NCBI GenBank assembly: GCA_018814445.1
Contig: JAHIZV010000237.1
Coordinates: 49,729 to 113,728 of the forward strand
Reading direction: 5' to 3'
Length of the DNA: 64,000 bases
Source: Verrucomicrobiota bacterium
GTDB taxonomy: Bacteria > Verrucomicrobiota > Kiritimatiellia > JAHIZV01
Shown: positions 18,001 to 25,999 of the stretch, in pieces
How the letters are laid out: every line of letters begins with the position of its first letter
Numbering within the stretch: position 1 is the stretch's first letter
Program-made: the position numbers and the translations under genes
Notes under the pieces: model-generated
What the model saw: only the letters and a program-made list of their open reading frames with translations
Database searches by the model: none
Told to the model about the DNA's origin: nothing

Positions 18001-20165
18001 TTGAATGCCGCTATGGCGGCCGCGTTGTTCGGGTCACTCGGATTCGCCCACGCATCGTTCAGAATCTGCTGTAGTGCTGCAATCCATTCCGTGAAGGAGG
18101 GCGTACTCCCACTCTTCCACTTGATGCCGAAGCTCAGGTCGTAGAGCAGATCGATCAACCGCACATCTTCGCCGCGCGCGTGTCGGCGCGCATACAGTTC
18201 GACACCCTTGTGGCTGATGCTGAACAGGTTGTTTGTGTCCAATGAAGGATTCAACTCGTTGCCGAATTCATCCCATACCCCGACTTCTTCCGCGCCGAGG
18301 GTCAGAAACGTATCTCTGACCAACTCAATCGCGTCCTGCAGGTCTATCCTCCCCGACAAATCACCAAGTCCACGGCCAAGAATACTGAAAAGGCTGGCAG
18401 AAGCGGCAGACGACGGATCATAGACCGTCGGCTCAGTGGCCAGTTCGCCCACGTCCACCGGCACCCCCTGCTCGACCCCGATCGGCAGGCGGATGAGCTT
18501 GTGGTTCGTCGGATTGAGCAGAAGAATCCGGGTCCCTATCGGGACGTTAAGAAGTGTGAAGCTGCCGTCGAGAAGAGACAACGTACTGATGACCGTTCCC
18601 TCAATCGATATCAGCGCCCCGACGATCGGGCTTCCCGTCTCTGAGTCAACCAGTCTTCCACTTACCGTCGTCAGACCTTCCTTTACATGGAATGCAGGGA
18701 CCGCGACGGCTGTCTCGCTCCCAGTCTTCAACTTTACGCCCCGCGCCCCCGTCGCGGCGGACGCCGCCACGGAGATATTCGCGATCGCTTGAGTCCCATT
18801 GTTTACGGTCAGCGAGTTGACTGTGATGCCGTCACCGAACGACGCGCTGCTGCCCCCCGCCGCAAAATGTGTGACGTAGGCGCCCGTTCCCTTGCCACTG
18901 ATGAGTACGCTGACGTTGGTATCGCCCTGGCGCGCGTCTGAAGGAAAAAGCCCCGTGATCAGAGAGGCGATGATCTTCTGCGCCGGAGGAAGGTTTGTCC
19001 CCGCGTTTACGCGGCCCGTCACTCGCTGTTCCGTGAGCAGCGTCGGACTCTCGGAATCGTCCACCACCAGAACGAGTTGATTGCTTTCGGCGGTCGCCTC
19101 GATATTGCTGACGGTGACGCTGACGATCGTGTCCGTGCTGTAGAGTGATCCGTCATACGAGCGGCACGTGATGTTGTAGGTGCCGTCCTGCGAGTAGTCG
19201 GGCGCAAAGGTGATACCTCCCCCCGCCTGAACGAAAATCGCATTATCCGGCAGTGGAGAACATTCGATGCTGATTGGGTCTCCGTCGGGATCCGAGCCCG
19301 TGACCGGGATCATGACATTTTGTCCTTCATTCACCGACACCGACGCTGGCGCGGAAATGGTAGGCGGATTGTTGGTCGGTGTGACAAGAATCTGCACGAC
19401 CCTGCTCGTCGACAGGCCTGATTCATCCCACGCAGTGAACGTAACGGCGTAGACACCTTGCTGCCCCGGACTGGTTGCAAGCACGTAATCGCCTGTCGCG
19501 TTGAGACTGCTTGCAGATGTGAAGGCGGCATTAGGAAGGATAGGAGAAGCCCCGATGGAGACGACCTCCCCATCCGCATCATAACCGTAGAGTCTAAGGG
19601 CAAGCGTCTCACCCTCCATCACCACGTATGGCGGAACCTGTACAATATTCAATGTGGGCGGATGCTGCTGAAGAAGTCCACCCCGCGGACCGGGGTTATA
19701 CATGAAGCGGTCATATTTGGGCCGCTCAAATTGAAGGGCCTGACCAACGAAATGTCCTGACGCGAATTGCCCCGCCGTGAACTTCGCATCCAGATTGAAA
19801 TAGTACTTACTATACGGACCCGAGCCCTGCCCTCCGGACGCGCCCGGCATAACCACGCGATCGACGCGTCCGGAAACCAGGTCAACGGTCAGATCAATCG
19901 GCGGCATGGCTGCGGAACCGGAGTGATTCGCGGCAACGGAGGCGACCGTGGAAACCAGCGTCCCGTTCGCGCGATCCAACGCCGTGCGCGTTCTTCCCGA
20001 CATAACCTCAATCTGCGCGCTGATATCAGGAGCCTGTGCGGCGGCGTTGCGGCCCCCTAATCCCAACATCGAACATAGAACAACCAACATCGAACATCGA
20101 ATGATAAGGTGTCTTCTGTGTTGAATGTTCGGAGTTCGATGTTCGATGTTCGATGTTCTTATCAC
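15051..20165 (-). CDS. Large secreted multidomain protein (Ig/cadherin-like repeats, carboxypeptidase-regulatory-like β-sandwiches, NHL/β-propeller-like region), 1704 aa
   Basis: Long ORF. A GTG at 20163-20165 overlaps the stop of the upstream small gene as GTGA. An alternative ATG at 20090 immediately precedes the signal sequence MLVVLCSMLGLGGRNAAAQA. Motifs: PPTISAPASVSVNEGQNVMIPVTGSDPDGDPISI, GRLVDSETGSPIVGALISIEG and DGDLYAVNG...KIFKF. Confidence 0.65.
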   Translation of the reverse strand: MIRTSNIEHRTPNIQHRRHLIIRCSMLVVLCSMLGLGGRNAAAQAPDISAQIEVMSGRTRTALDRANGTLVSTVASVAANHSGSAAMPPIDLTVDLVSGRVDRVVMPGASGGQGSGPYSKYYFNLDAKFTAGQFASGHFVGQALQFERPKYDRFMYNPGPRGGLLQQHPPTLNIVQVPPYVVMEGETLALRLYGYDADGEVVSIGASPILPNAAFTSASSLNATGDYVLATSPGQQGVYAVTFTAWDESGLSTSRVVQILVTPTNNPPTISAPASVSVNEGQNVMIPVTGSDPDGDPISIECSPLPDNAIFVQAGGGITFAPDYSQDGTYNITCRSYDGSLYSTDTIVSVTVSNIEATAESNQLVLVVDDSESPTLLTEQRVTGRVNAGTNLPPAQKIIASLITGLFPSDARQGDTNVSVLISGKGTGAYVTHFAAGGSSASFGDGITVNSLTVNNGTQAIANISVAASAATGARGVKLKTGSETAVAVPAFHVKEGLTTVSGRLVDSETGSPIVGALISIEGTVISTLSLLDGSFTLLNVPIGTRILLLNPTNHKLIRLPIGVEQGVPVDVGELATEPTVYDPSSAASASLFSILGRGLGDLSGRIDLQDAIELVRDTFLTLGAEEVGVWDEFGNELNPSLDTNNLFSISHKGVELYARRHARGEDVRLIDLLYDLSFGIKWKSGSTPSFTEWIAALQQILNDAWANPSDPNNAAAIAAFNTGRNLSPNPPVLNGATRLTKLQAFIMVSGFMSAAYHHRDDWVWAPTPPEDAFVMSLGESLSKAVHDFVCGPDAVAQVPGGKAGTYTITWERLAQEMGDYPTEAVFNSTNAVNRELPGFEDILSKYYMDGTTNSLAAARLQLENAFPGNPTIANIFNKDKYGVVAAVTSLVRITATDIHLRTNFIAIAGRDYSSGSIWAPFKVSWGHGTLSPMMFLALGTDPTVTSAVLIKSLAPAAPYLHSVKEVRRNIGSAYNPLYIPFVEILFYPSPDERVKKEETYAYRLWQWQPKGTTVSERAAMKIVAAGQETTDRSDFFSPHRDTNDTAKLVFRVPFPEPGHQYYRIDCIRGSENVVKKALDNTNTLAKVKPWLSGYLDDPLAASQDQVLKLGTRNIHPGKAFIEGERLDVSALSRVGSVFVRGAGTGFAPFGHIDLVADYDKPDRIYISIPDFKFNNDRGSGAIFLYRPEKSEMVEAVSHNSLFMQPGQVGMTMDSDGDLYAVNGASQMAYGGKIFKFYMDAVTGLATGRSHVANVNYFSQTLLRGRPTSIQDIAMGSKGTDAYDEELYLADNYDTTVKKIDVSWSEQYLGSNYANLAVAYHNVAKGLWGENESWSTWPDIFAFDAWTDLEFDLTKEWLYITQGNNIVRTKGDTAQGLFINGTVFDNATSCAFCESRYATYLFIADMAANRILRVPVSDLPLLVPSDPAQYSELMTAYTFIENVPHPMDVAIADDGKALIYVTDAGVQYTRFGFTGRALTEDDQPLVGAVVKLITAGGEEKTLADGNGYYTFGGYTAASVGILDVSHPLTNFTEDIVIDWRCGSTLRPAPCVVITSPADGEIVSNGTVTVRGTIFPADTDFTLTGGTLDASGGSYPLVFTGNDNDFIVNNVPLNTGDNYLTGRAAANGPYISGVSLSTRVRRQTAPATSQAVSGVAKDGDGNPIPGATVIVKVNGFEVTELTADGCGYYHEDGLPLGVLSVEVVE
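20064..20158. repeat. Imperfect palindromic (AACATCG)n repeat element, copy B
   Basis: Left arm caacatcgaacatagaacaaccaacatcgaacatcgaatg, loop ataaggtgtcttctgtg, right arm ttgaatgttcggagttcgatgttcgatgttcgatgttc. It lies in the junction between the small secreted-protein gene and the 1704-aa gene. Confidence 0.6.
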
Positions 20166-20728
20166 GGCGTCCCCCCCGCCGTAACGGCCACGTTGTCCAC
20201 CCGCACCGCGCTATCCCCGGCGACGAAGTTCAGGTCGTAGAGCTCGAAGATAACGATGACGTACGTGTGACTGTTGTTGAACGTACCGGAGAAATGCGAC
20301 CAGCCCGCGCCTTTCGGCGAATCGCCGATCGTTCCATTGATGTTGAAGTTTCCGTTTGCGTCGCAGTCGAAAAGGCCCTGCGACGCGTCGAACTTGTCGT
20401 TCTCGGTGATAAAATCGGAAAGCGTGTCGACGTAATAGACAGACGCATAGAAGGAATCATTGAAAGCGCCATCGGGGACCTCCACCGAAAGTGCGCTGCG
20501 GAAGTCGAATTCAATCGTGAACTGCCCCGCACCGACCTCATCCGCCTGAAACACAAACGCATGAACATCCTGCGTGTCCGCGAGCACGGCCTCGCCACCA
20601 GCTGACGTCACATGCCAGGCGGTCTTCCAATGGATAAGCGCAGAAGTGAAATCGCCGTTCAGAATCGCGGACGCACTGGTTGCGCCAACGAACAGCGCCA
20701 AAGCCCAAGCCAGTCCTAACCTCCTCAC
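20162..20728 (-). CDS. Small secreted β-sandwich protein (NGDF-type carbohydrate-binding/galactose-binding-like N-terminal motif), first gene of the giant-protein cluster
   Basis: GTG start at 20726-20728, 5 nt after a strong AAGGAGG RBS. Signal peptide VRRLGLAWALALFVGATSASA followed by ILNGDFTS. The upstream part of the longer tracked ORF (from 20815) lacks an RBS. Confidence 0.5.
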   Translation of the reverse strand: MRRLGLAWALALFVGATSASAILNGDFTSALIHWKTAWHVTSAGGEAVLADTQDVHAFVFQADEVGAGQFTIEFDFRSALSVEVPDGAFNDSFYASVYYVDTLSDFITENDKFDASQGLFDCDANGNFNINGTIGDSPKGAGWSHFSGTFNNSHTYVIVIFELYDLNFVAGDSAVRVDNVAVTAGGTP

Positions 20729-20744
20729 ACAAGCCTCCTTAGCC

Positions 20745-20790
20745 TCCACGGCTAATATTTTATTAGACTCTTTTTCGTTCAGGAATACAA
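20745..20790 (-). promoter_or_regulatory. Candidate σ70-type promoter for the giant-protein cluster
   Basis: On the minus strand: TTGTAT (revcomp of 20775-20780), 17 bp spacer, TCTAAT (revcomp of 20752-20757). It sits in an AT-rich stretch about 25 nt upstream of the AAGGAGG RBS. Confidence 0.25.
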
Positions 20791-20838
20791 GAACCGGGAG
20801 GAACAATTCCCACATGTCCCCATAGAACTCCTGTCATC

Positions 20839-20878
20839 TGTCACATTCAGGTGTGCGATCGCACACCTGAATGTGACA
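20839..20878. promoter_or_regulatory. 40-bp perfect palindrome in divergent intergenic region; candidate dimeric-regulator operator
   Basis: The sequence is TGTCACATTCAGGTGTGCGA immediately followed by its exact reverse complement TCGCACACCTGAATGTGACA. It lies between the cluster promoter (minus strand) and the trmFO start (plus strand). Confidence 0.5.
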
Positions 20879-20912
20879 ACTTCCCGGCTTTCGCTTCCTT
20901 TGCCGCGGCGGA

Positions 20913-22289
20913 ATGACGCTCGCAACGCAAGCCATTGGCCCTTACATTTTCCGAATGACGCAACTTATCATCATCGGCGGAGGCCTCGCCGGCAGCGAAG
21001 CCGCGTGGCAGGCGGCTGAGCGCGGAATCTCAGTTGCTCTGGTGGAGATGCGACCGGGAACGACGACGGGAGCACACCGAACCGGAAACCTGGCTGAACT
21101 TGTCTGTTCCAACTCTCTTGGTTCCGATCTGCCTGACCGGGCATCCGGCGTGTTGAAATCTGAACTGCGCCGACTGGGTTCGCTTCTCATGACGTGCGCA
21201 GACAGGACAGCCGTGCCTGCCGGAGGTGCGCTGGCTGTGGATCGCGATGCCTTCGCCGAACTTGTCTCGCAGAAACTGTCCGGAAATCCGAATATTGAAA
21301 TCGTTCGTGAGGAGGCGGTCTCCGTTCCCGACGGACCCGCCATCATCGCGTCTGGGCCCCTTACGTCTTCAAGACTTTCCCGCGCAATAGCGGAACTGAG
21401 CGGCGAAGAGCATCTCTTCTTCTTCGACGCCATCGCACCGGTTGTCAGCGCCGATTCAATCAACATGAATATCGCTTTCTGCGCATCGCGTTACGGACGC
21501 GGCGAGCAGGATGAAGGCGACTACATCAACTGTCCTTTCACGAGGGAGGAATACGAAGTCTTCGTCGACGCGCTCCTGACAGCGGAGAGGATTTCCCTTC
21601 GCTCCTTTGAGAAGCTTGTGGAGTCTGGCGTACGGGCAGGCCCGCATCATTTCTTCGAGGGCTGTCTGCCTATTGAGATCCTCGCCCAACGGGGACGCGA
21701 TGCGCTCGCTTACGGCCCCATGCGACCTGTTGGCCTGACCGATCCGCGCACTGGCAGGCGTCCTTACGCGGCCCTTCAGCTCCGCCAGGATAACCTGGCG
21801 GCGAGCATGTACAACCTGGTGGGCTTTCAGACCAACCTGAAGTTCCCCGAGCAGAAGCGTGTATTCAGTCTGATCCCCGGACTGGAGAAAGCCGACTTCA
21901 TCAAGTATGGCCAGATGCACCGGAACACCTTCATCGCCGCTCCGAAACTGCTGAGACCTACGCTTCAATGGCATGATCGCGACGACCTGCTCTTCGCAGG
22001 ACAACTTACGGGTGTGGAAGGGTATGCCGGAAACATTGCGACCGGATTGCTGGCGGGAATCAACATGTGCCGAATACTGAACTGTGAGGAGCCGATGGTC
22101 TTTCCTCAGACAACCATGCTCGGTGCTCTGTGCCACTACGTGACACACGCAGACATGAAGGACTTCCAACCCATGAAAGCCAACTTCGGCATCCTTCCCC
22201 AGCTCGCCAATCCGCCCAAGGGTAAAAGGCCAAGAGCCGAAGCATATGCTGAGCGGGCAAAGGATGCGCTCGAGGATTCCCTAAGGTAG
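20913..22289 (+). CDS. trmFO: Methylenetetrahydrofolate--tRNA-(uracil-5)-methyltransferase TrmFO
   Basis: [42 protein letters not shown] and the overall length match the TrmFO/Gid family. An alternative start lies at 20955. Confidence 0.85.
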   Translation: MTLATQAIGPYIFRMTQLIIIGGGLAGSEAAWQAAERGISVALVEMRPGTTTGAHRTGNLAELVCSNSLGSDLPDRASGVLKSELRRLGSLLMTCADRTAVPAGGALAVDRDAFAELVSQKLSGNPNIEIVREEAVSVPDGPAIIASGPLTSSRLSRAIAELSGEEHLFFFDAIAPVVSADSINMNIAFCASRYGRGEQDEGDYINCPFTREEYEVFVDALLTAERISLRSFEKLVESGVRAGPHHFFEGCLPIEILAQRGRDALAYGPMRPVGLTDPRTGRRPYAALQLRQDNLAASMYNLVGFQTNLKFPEQKRVFSLIPGLEKADFIKYGQMHRNTFIAAPKLLRPTLQWHDRDDLLFAGQLTGVEGYAGNIATGLLAGINMCRILNCEEPMVFPQTTMLGALCHYVTHADMKDFQPMKANFGILPQLANPPKGKRPRAEAYAERAKDALEDSLR

Positions 22290-22333
22290 GGACGACCGGC
22301 TCGATCATCCACGGATGATTCAGCGAATCATCC

Positions 22334-23644
22334 CTACCCCACTTTGCCGACCAAGTCATACTCTTCACCATCTGTAATGGTCACATCATAGAACTCGCCC
22401 ACCTCCAGACCCGGCGACTCCACGATGACTTCGTTGTCGATGTCGGGTGAATCGAACTCGGTACGGCCAATGGCTACAGTGCCTTCTTCGCGATCGATGA
22501 TGGTCTTCATGACCTGCCCGATCCGAGCCTTGTTGAGCTCAAGTGAGATGTTCTGCTGAAGCAGCATGACCTGATCCAGGCGCTGCTCTTTCACTTCAGC
22601 CGGAACGTCATCATCGAAAGTGTACGAGTGCGTATTCTCCTCGTGAGAGTAGATGAACGCCCCCACCCTCTCCAGACGAGTCTCTTTCAGAAAGTCCAGA
22701 AGCTCCTCATGTTCACGCTCCGTCTCGCCCGGATGACCGACGAGCAAGGTACTGCGGATCGCCACACCGGGCACTTCATCGCGGATTCGTTTGATGAGAT
22801 CGGTCAGTTTTGCCCGCGAAGTCGCTCGCCGCATTCTCTTGAGCATCGCGTCAGACGCGTGCTGAATCGGCATGTCGAGGTACTTGCAGATATTTGAGCG
22901 GTCACGAATGGTGGGAAGGATGTCCAAAGGAAAATGCGACGGATACGCGTAGTGCAGTCGGATCCATTCGAGGCCTTCGACGTCCGACAGACGCAACAGC
23001 AGTTCGTTGAGCCGGCGTTCCTTGTAAAGGTCCAGACCGTAGAAGGTCAGATCCTGTGCTATCAGCATGATTTCTTTCACGCCTCGTTTAACGAGGTGTT
23101 CGGCTTCATCTACCAGAAAATCGATACTGCGTGAAACATGCTTTCCGCGCATCAGAGGAATAGCGCAGAAACTGCATCCCCGGTCGCAACCCTCAGAGAC
23201 CTTCAGATAAGCATAATGACCTTCCGTTACGGTAATCCGGTCACCCAGAAGCTCCTTCCTGTAGTCAGCCCCCAGCGTCTTCAGCAAGTCGGGCAGATCG
23301 TGCGTTCCGAAGTAGCCATCGACATCCGGCAGATCACGCATGAGTTCGGGCTTATAGCGTTGGGACAAACAGCCCGTGACAAAAACGCGCTTGATGGCCC
23401 CCTCTTTCTTCAGCTCGAGAAAGTCCACAATGGTTTGAATAGACTGCTCTTTCGCCCGGTCGATGAATCCGCACGTGTTGATGACAACGGTGCCCGCGTT
23501 GCCCTGCCGGGATTCGTGAGAAACATCGAACTTACTGGCCCGCAACTGGGTCAGCAGCACTTCAGAATCCACGATATTCTTCGCGCAGCCCAGGGTTACG
23601 ATATTGATCTTATCCGGGTCGGGCTTTGTCTGTTTTGTTCTCAT
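22334..23644 (-). CDS. rimO: Ribosomal protein S12 methylthiotransferase RimO (radical-SAM MTTase with TRAM domain)
   Basis: N-terminal INIVTLGCAKNIVDSE, radical-SAM motif GCDRGCSFCAIP, and a C-terminal TRAM-like segment. The GCxKNxVDSE N-terminus favours RimO over MiaB. Confidence 0.75.
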   Translation of the reverse strand: MRTKQTKPDPDKINIVTLGCAKNIVDSEVLLTQLRASKFDVSHESRQGNAGTVVINTCGFIDRAKEQSIQTIVDFLELKKEGAIKRVFVTGCLSQRYKPELMRDLPDVDGYFGTHDLPDLLKTLGADYRKELLGDRITVTEGHYAYLKVSEGCDRGCSFCAIPLMRGKHVSRSIDFLVDEAEHLVKRGVKEIMLIAQDLTFYGLDLYKERRLNELLLRLSDVEGLEWIRLHYAYPSHFPLDILPTIRDRSNICKYLDMPIQHASDAMLKRMRRATSRAKLTDLIKRIRDEVPGVAIRSTLLVGHPGETEREHEELLDFLKETRLERVGAFIYSHEENTHSYTFDDDVPAEVKEQRLDQVMLLQQNISLELNKARIGQVMKTIIDREEGTVAIGRTEFDSPDIDNEVIVESPGLEVGEFYDVTITDGEEYDLVGKVG

Positions 23645-23816
23645 CCGTCAGAATTCCAGGCTGGTAGACCTGTAGCCACCTTAGAGGATGCAGAGGAGAA
23701 GTGATAGCCCGGATGCAGAAAGAAGGAGTTGACCCGGACCGTCTTCGGCGCAGACTTCCAATGCTTGGAACTTTTTCTCAGAAAACTTCCAAGGTATGGA
23801 AGTTTCCGGGTACGAT

Positions 23817-25952
23817 ATGAACACGATGAAGAAACTTACAGGATTCTTGGCAATAGGAACAGCCCTCGTCATGAGCATAACTTCCTCACTCGCAACGAAT
23901 GTAGTAACCGTCATGACGTTCAATCTCCGGTATGCTTCCGCACCGGACGGCGACAATACATGGGAGAACGCCGACCAGGTTCCCGACCGAAGGCAGGTTG
24001 CCCTGTCGGTACTGCAGGATTATGCACCCGACATAGTCGGATTTCAGGAAGGCGAAGATCAGCAACTCGACTACCTGGCGGCGAATCTGCCCGCGTATTC
24101 TTTCGAACGCCAGAAGCCCAGCGGCGGATCCGGCAATGAGAATGCGGCGATTGCCTACGACACAAACAAACTGGAGTTGCTCGACCGGGGCGTTATCTCT
24201 CTCGGCAACAGTCCGGGCGGGGGATACTGGAACAACACACCGGGCGTTGATTTCAAACCGTGGGATATCTTCCCCGAGAACAACTTCGCATTCCCCCGTC
24301 TTGCTCTCTGGGGCAGATTCCGGTGGACCGCGACGCAACAGGAATTCATCTTCTACTCGACCCATTTCGATGTGTTCAACGGGAGCAACGACGGTGAGTC
24401 GCAGGTTAAAAGCGCGCGTCTTGTTACAGACGATGCGCTTTCCCGGAACGACCGTATGCCCGCTTCTCCGCTCGCCATCGTCGTCGGAGACTTCAACGGC
24501 AGTCAGAACAACCGGGCCTGGAAACTCTTCACAGGCGCCTACACCAACAACGGCATCTCCGGCGATTTCACGGACAGTTGGCAGCAGGTTCACGGCACGT
24601 GGACAGACTCCGGCACGTTTCATGGTTTCGCGGGAGGCACCTTACCGGGAAGCTCGCGCATCGATTGGATACTGCACCGCGGCGGTTTAGCGGCTACGCA
24701 GGCGGTGATCATCACCGATTCCGCCATATCGACGAATCAGTCCGGCGGAGGAACACATACGCTTTACCCCTCAGATCATTATCCTGTGCTCGCGCGGCTC
24801 AGACTTCCCGATCTTTTTGCCGATTTCGACAAAGACGGCTTGCCCGACGCGCTGGAATTGGCGTCGCCCCTCTCCCTGCCCGCTGATCCAGACACCGATG
24901 GAGACAGACTTCTTGACGGCGAGGAGAATCTGAACGGAGACAGCGCCGTGGACGGCGGAGAGAGTGATCCGCAAAACGGCACCGACACCCAACTCCCGAC
25001 GGACATCCGGAACTACCAGATGGATGGTCTTGCCGACTATCAAAGCTCTCAACTCGGGGCGAACGGACTGGAACTCTACTGGCGGTTTGACGGCCGCCAT
25101 CTCTATCTCGCCACGCAGGATGCCGGCGAGGGCAGCGACCACTTCATCTTCGTTGCCCCGACGCCGGACAATCCCGTTTCGGCGCCCTGGGCAAAGACGG
25201 GACAGGTCTCCGCCTGGGACGCCTATCTCGCCGACGAAAACGACGGGGGCTTCACGGGCTGGTTTGACGCGACAGGCAGTCAGATCACAAACCAGTTCGC
25301 CGCGCGGGCCACAACCTACTTCGAAAACGGAGGATGGGTGGAAGGCGTCATTGACCTGGCGCAGATTTACGGGAGCGGTTTCACAAACTCCTTTTATATC
25401 GCGGCGGGCCCATACGGGACCGCTGACGGCGGCGCCCTGTACCCTCCGGCACAAGTGCCCGGCGGCAACAGTGACGGCGATATTCTGGGCGCCGATGAGT
25501 ACATCGTTGTTCACCCCGGCGACTTCGACGGCGACGGGATCAACGATTATGCAGACCCGGACAGAGACGGCGACCACTTGCCCGACAAATGGGAGACCGC
25601 GCACGGACTTGATCCGGACGATGCCTCCGGTGACAACGGCACTGCGGGCGACCCGGACGGAGATCATCTGGACAACTTATCCGAGCTTCGCGCCTGCACG
25701 TCGCCTTCACTTGCGGGTTCCGTACTCGACATAAGGGCAGGACTGCTCGGCGGGAATCTCCGGCTCACGTGGCCGGGAGTCCACAGCAATCGATACGTTG
25801 TGGAGCATCTGACGGAACCATTAACTGTTTTCAAGCCGTGGTTCGGAATCTACACCAACCACAGCAATCCAGTCTTCCCGGTCGCAACAAACAGCCTCCT
25901 TCACACTCTGGAAAGTGCGCATGGATTCTATCGAATCCGAGTGCTTCAGTGA
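23817..25952 (+). CDS. Secreted endonuclease/exonuclease/phosphatase (EEP)-family enzyme with Asp-rich Ca-binding repeats and a C-terminal FN3-like domain
   Basis: Signal peptide MNTMKKLTGFLAIGTALVMSITSSLA. EEP motifs: VMTFNLR, GFQEG, STHFD, SDHYPV. Repeats DKDGLPD and DPDTDGDRLLDGEENLNGDS. C-terminus ...GFYRIRVLQ. Confidence 0.7.
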   Translation: MNTMKKLTGFLAIGTALVMSITSSLATNVVTVMTFNLRYASAPDGDNTWENADQVPDRRQVALSVLQDYAPDIVGFQEGEDQQLDYLAANLPAYSFERQKPSGGSGNENAAIAYDTNKLELLDRGVISLGNSPGGGYWNNTPGVDFKPWDIFPENNFAFPRLALWGRFRWTATQQEFIFYSTHFDVFNGSNDGESQVKSARLVTDDALSRNDRMPASPLAIVVGDFNGSQNNRAWKLFTGAYTNNGISGDFTDSWQQVHGTWTDSGTFHGFAGGTLPGSSRIDWILHRGGLAATQAVIITDSAISTNQSGGGTHTLYPSDHYPVLARLRLPDLFADFDKDGLPDALELASPLSLPADPDTDGDRLLDGEENLNGDSAVDGGESDPQNGTDTQLPTDIRNYQMDGLADYQSSQLGANGLELYWRFDGRHLYLATQDAGEGSDHFIFVAPTPDNPVSAPWAKTGQVSAWDAYLADENDGGFTGWFDATGSQITNQFAARATTYFENGGWVEGVIDLAQIYGSGFTNSFYIAAGPYGTADGGALYPPAQVPGGNSDGDILGADEYIVVHPGDFDGDGINDYADPDRDGDHLPDKWETAHGLDPDDASGDNGTAGDPDGDHLDNLSELRACTSPSLAGSVLDIRAGLLGGNLRLTWPGVHSNRYVVEHLTEPLTVFKPWFGIYTNHSNPVFPVATNSLLHTLESAHGFYRIRVLQ

Positions 25953-25999
25953 GCACGGACTTCGGCACTCGACTCGCTATTCGACAAGCTTGATTCACG

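Noticed and set aside
20851-20866. GCGATCGC (cyanobacterial HIP1-like octamer) at the centre of the 40-bp palindrome
   Set aside because: Only one other GCGATCGC was noticed in the window (near 18781), so there is no evidence of HIP1-type over-representation. The core is simply the dyad centre.
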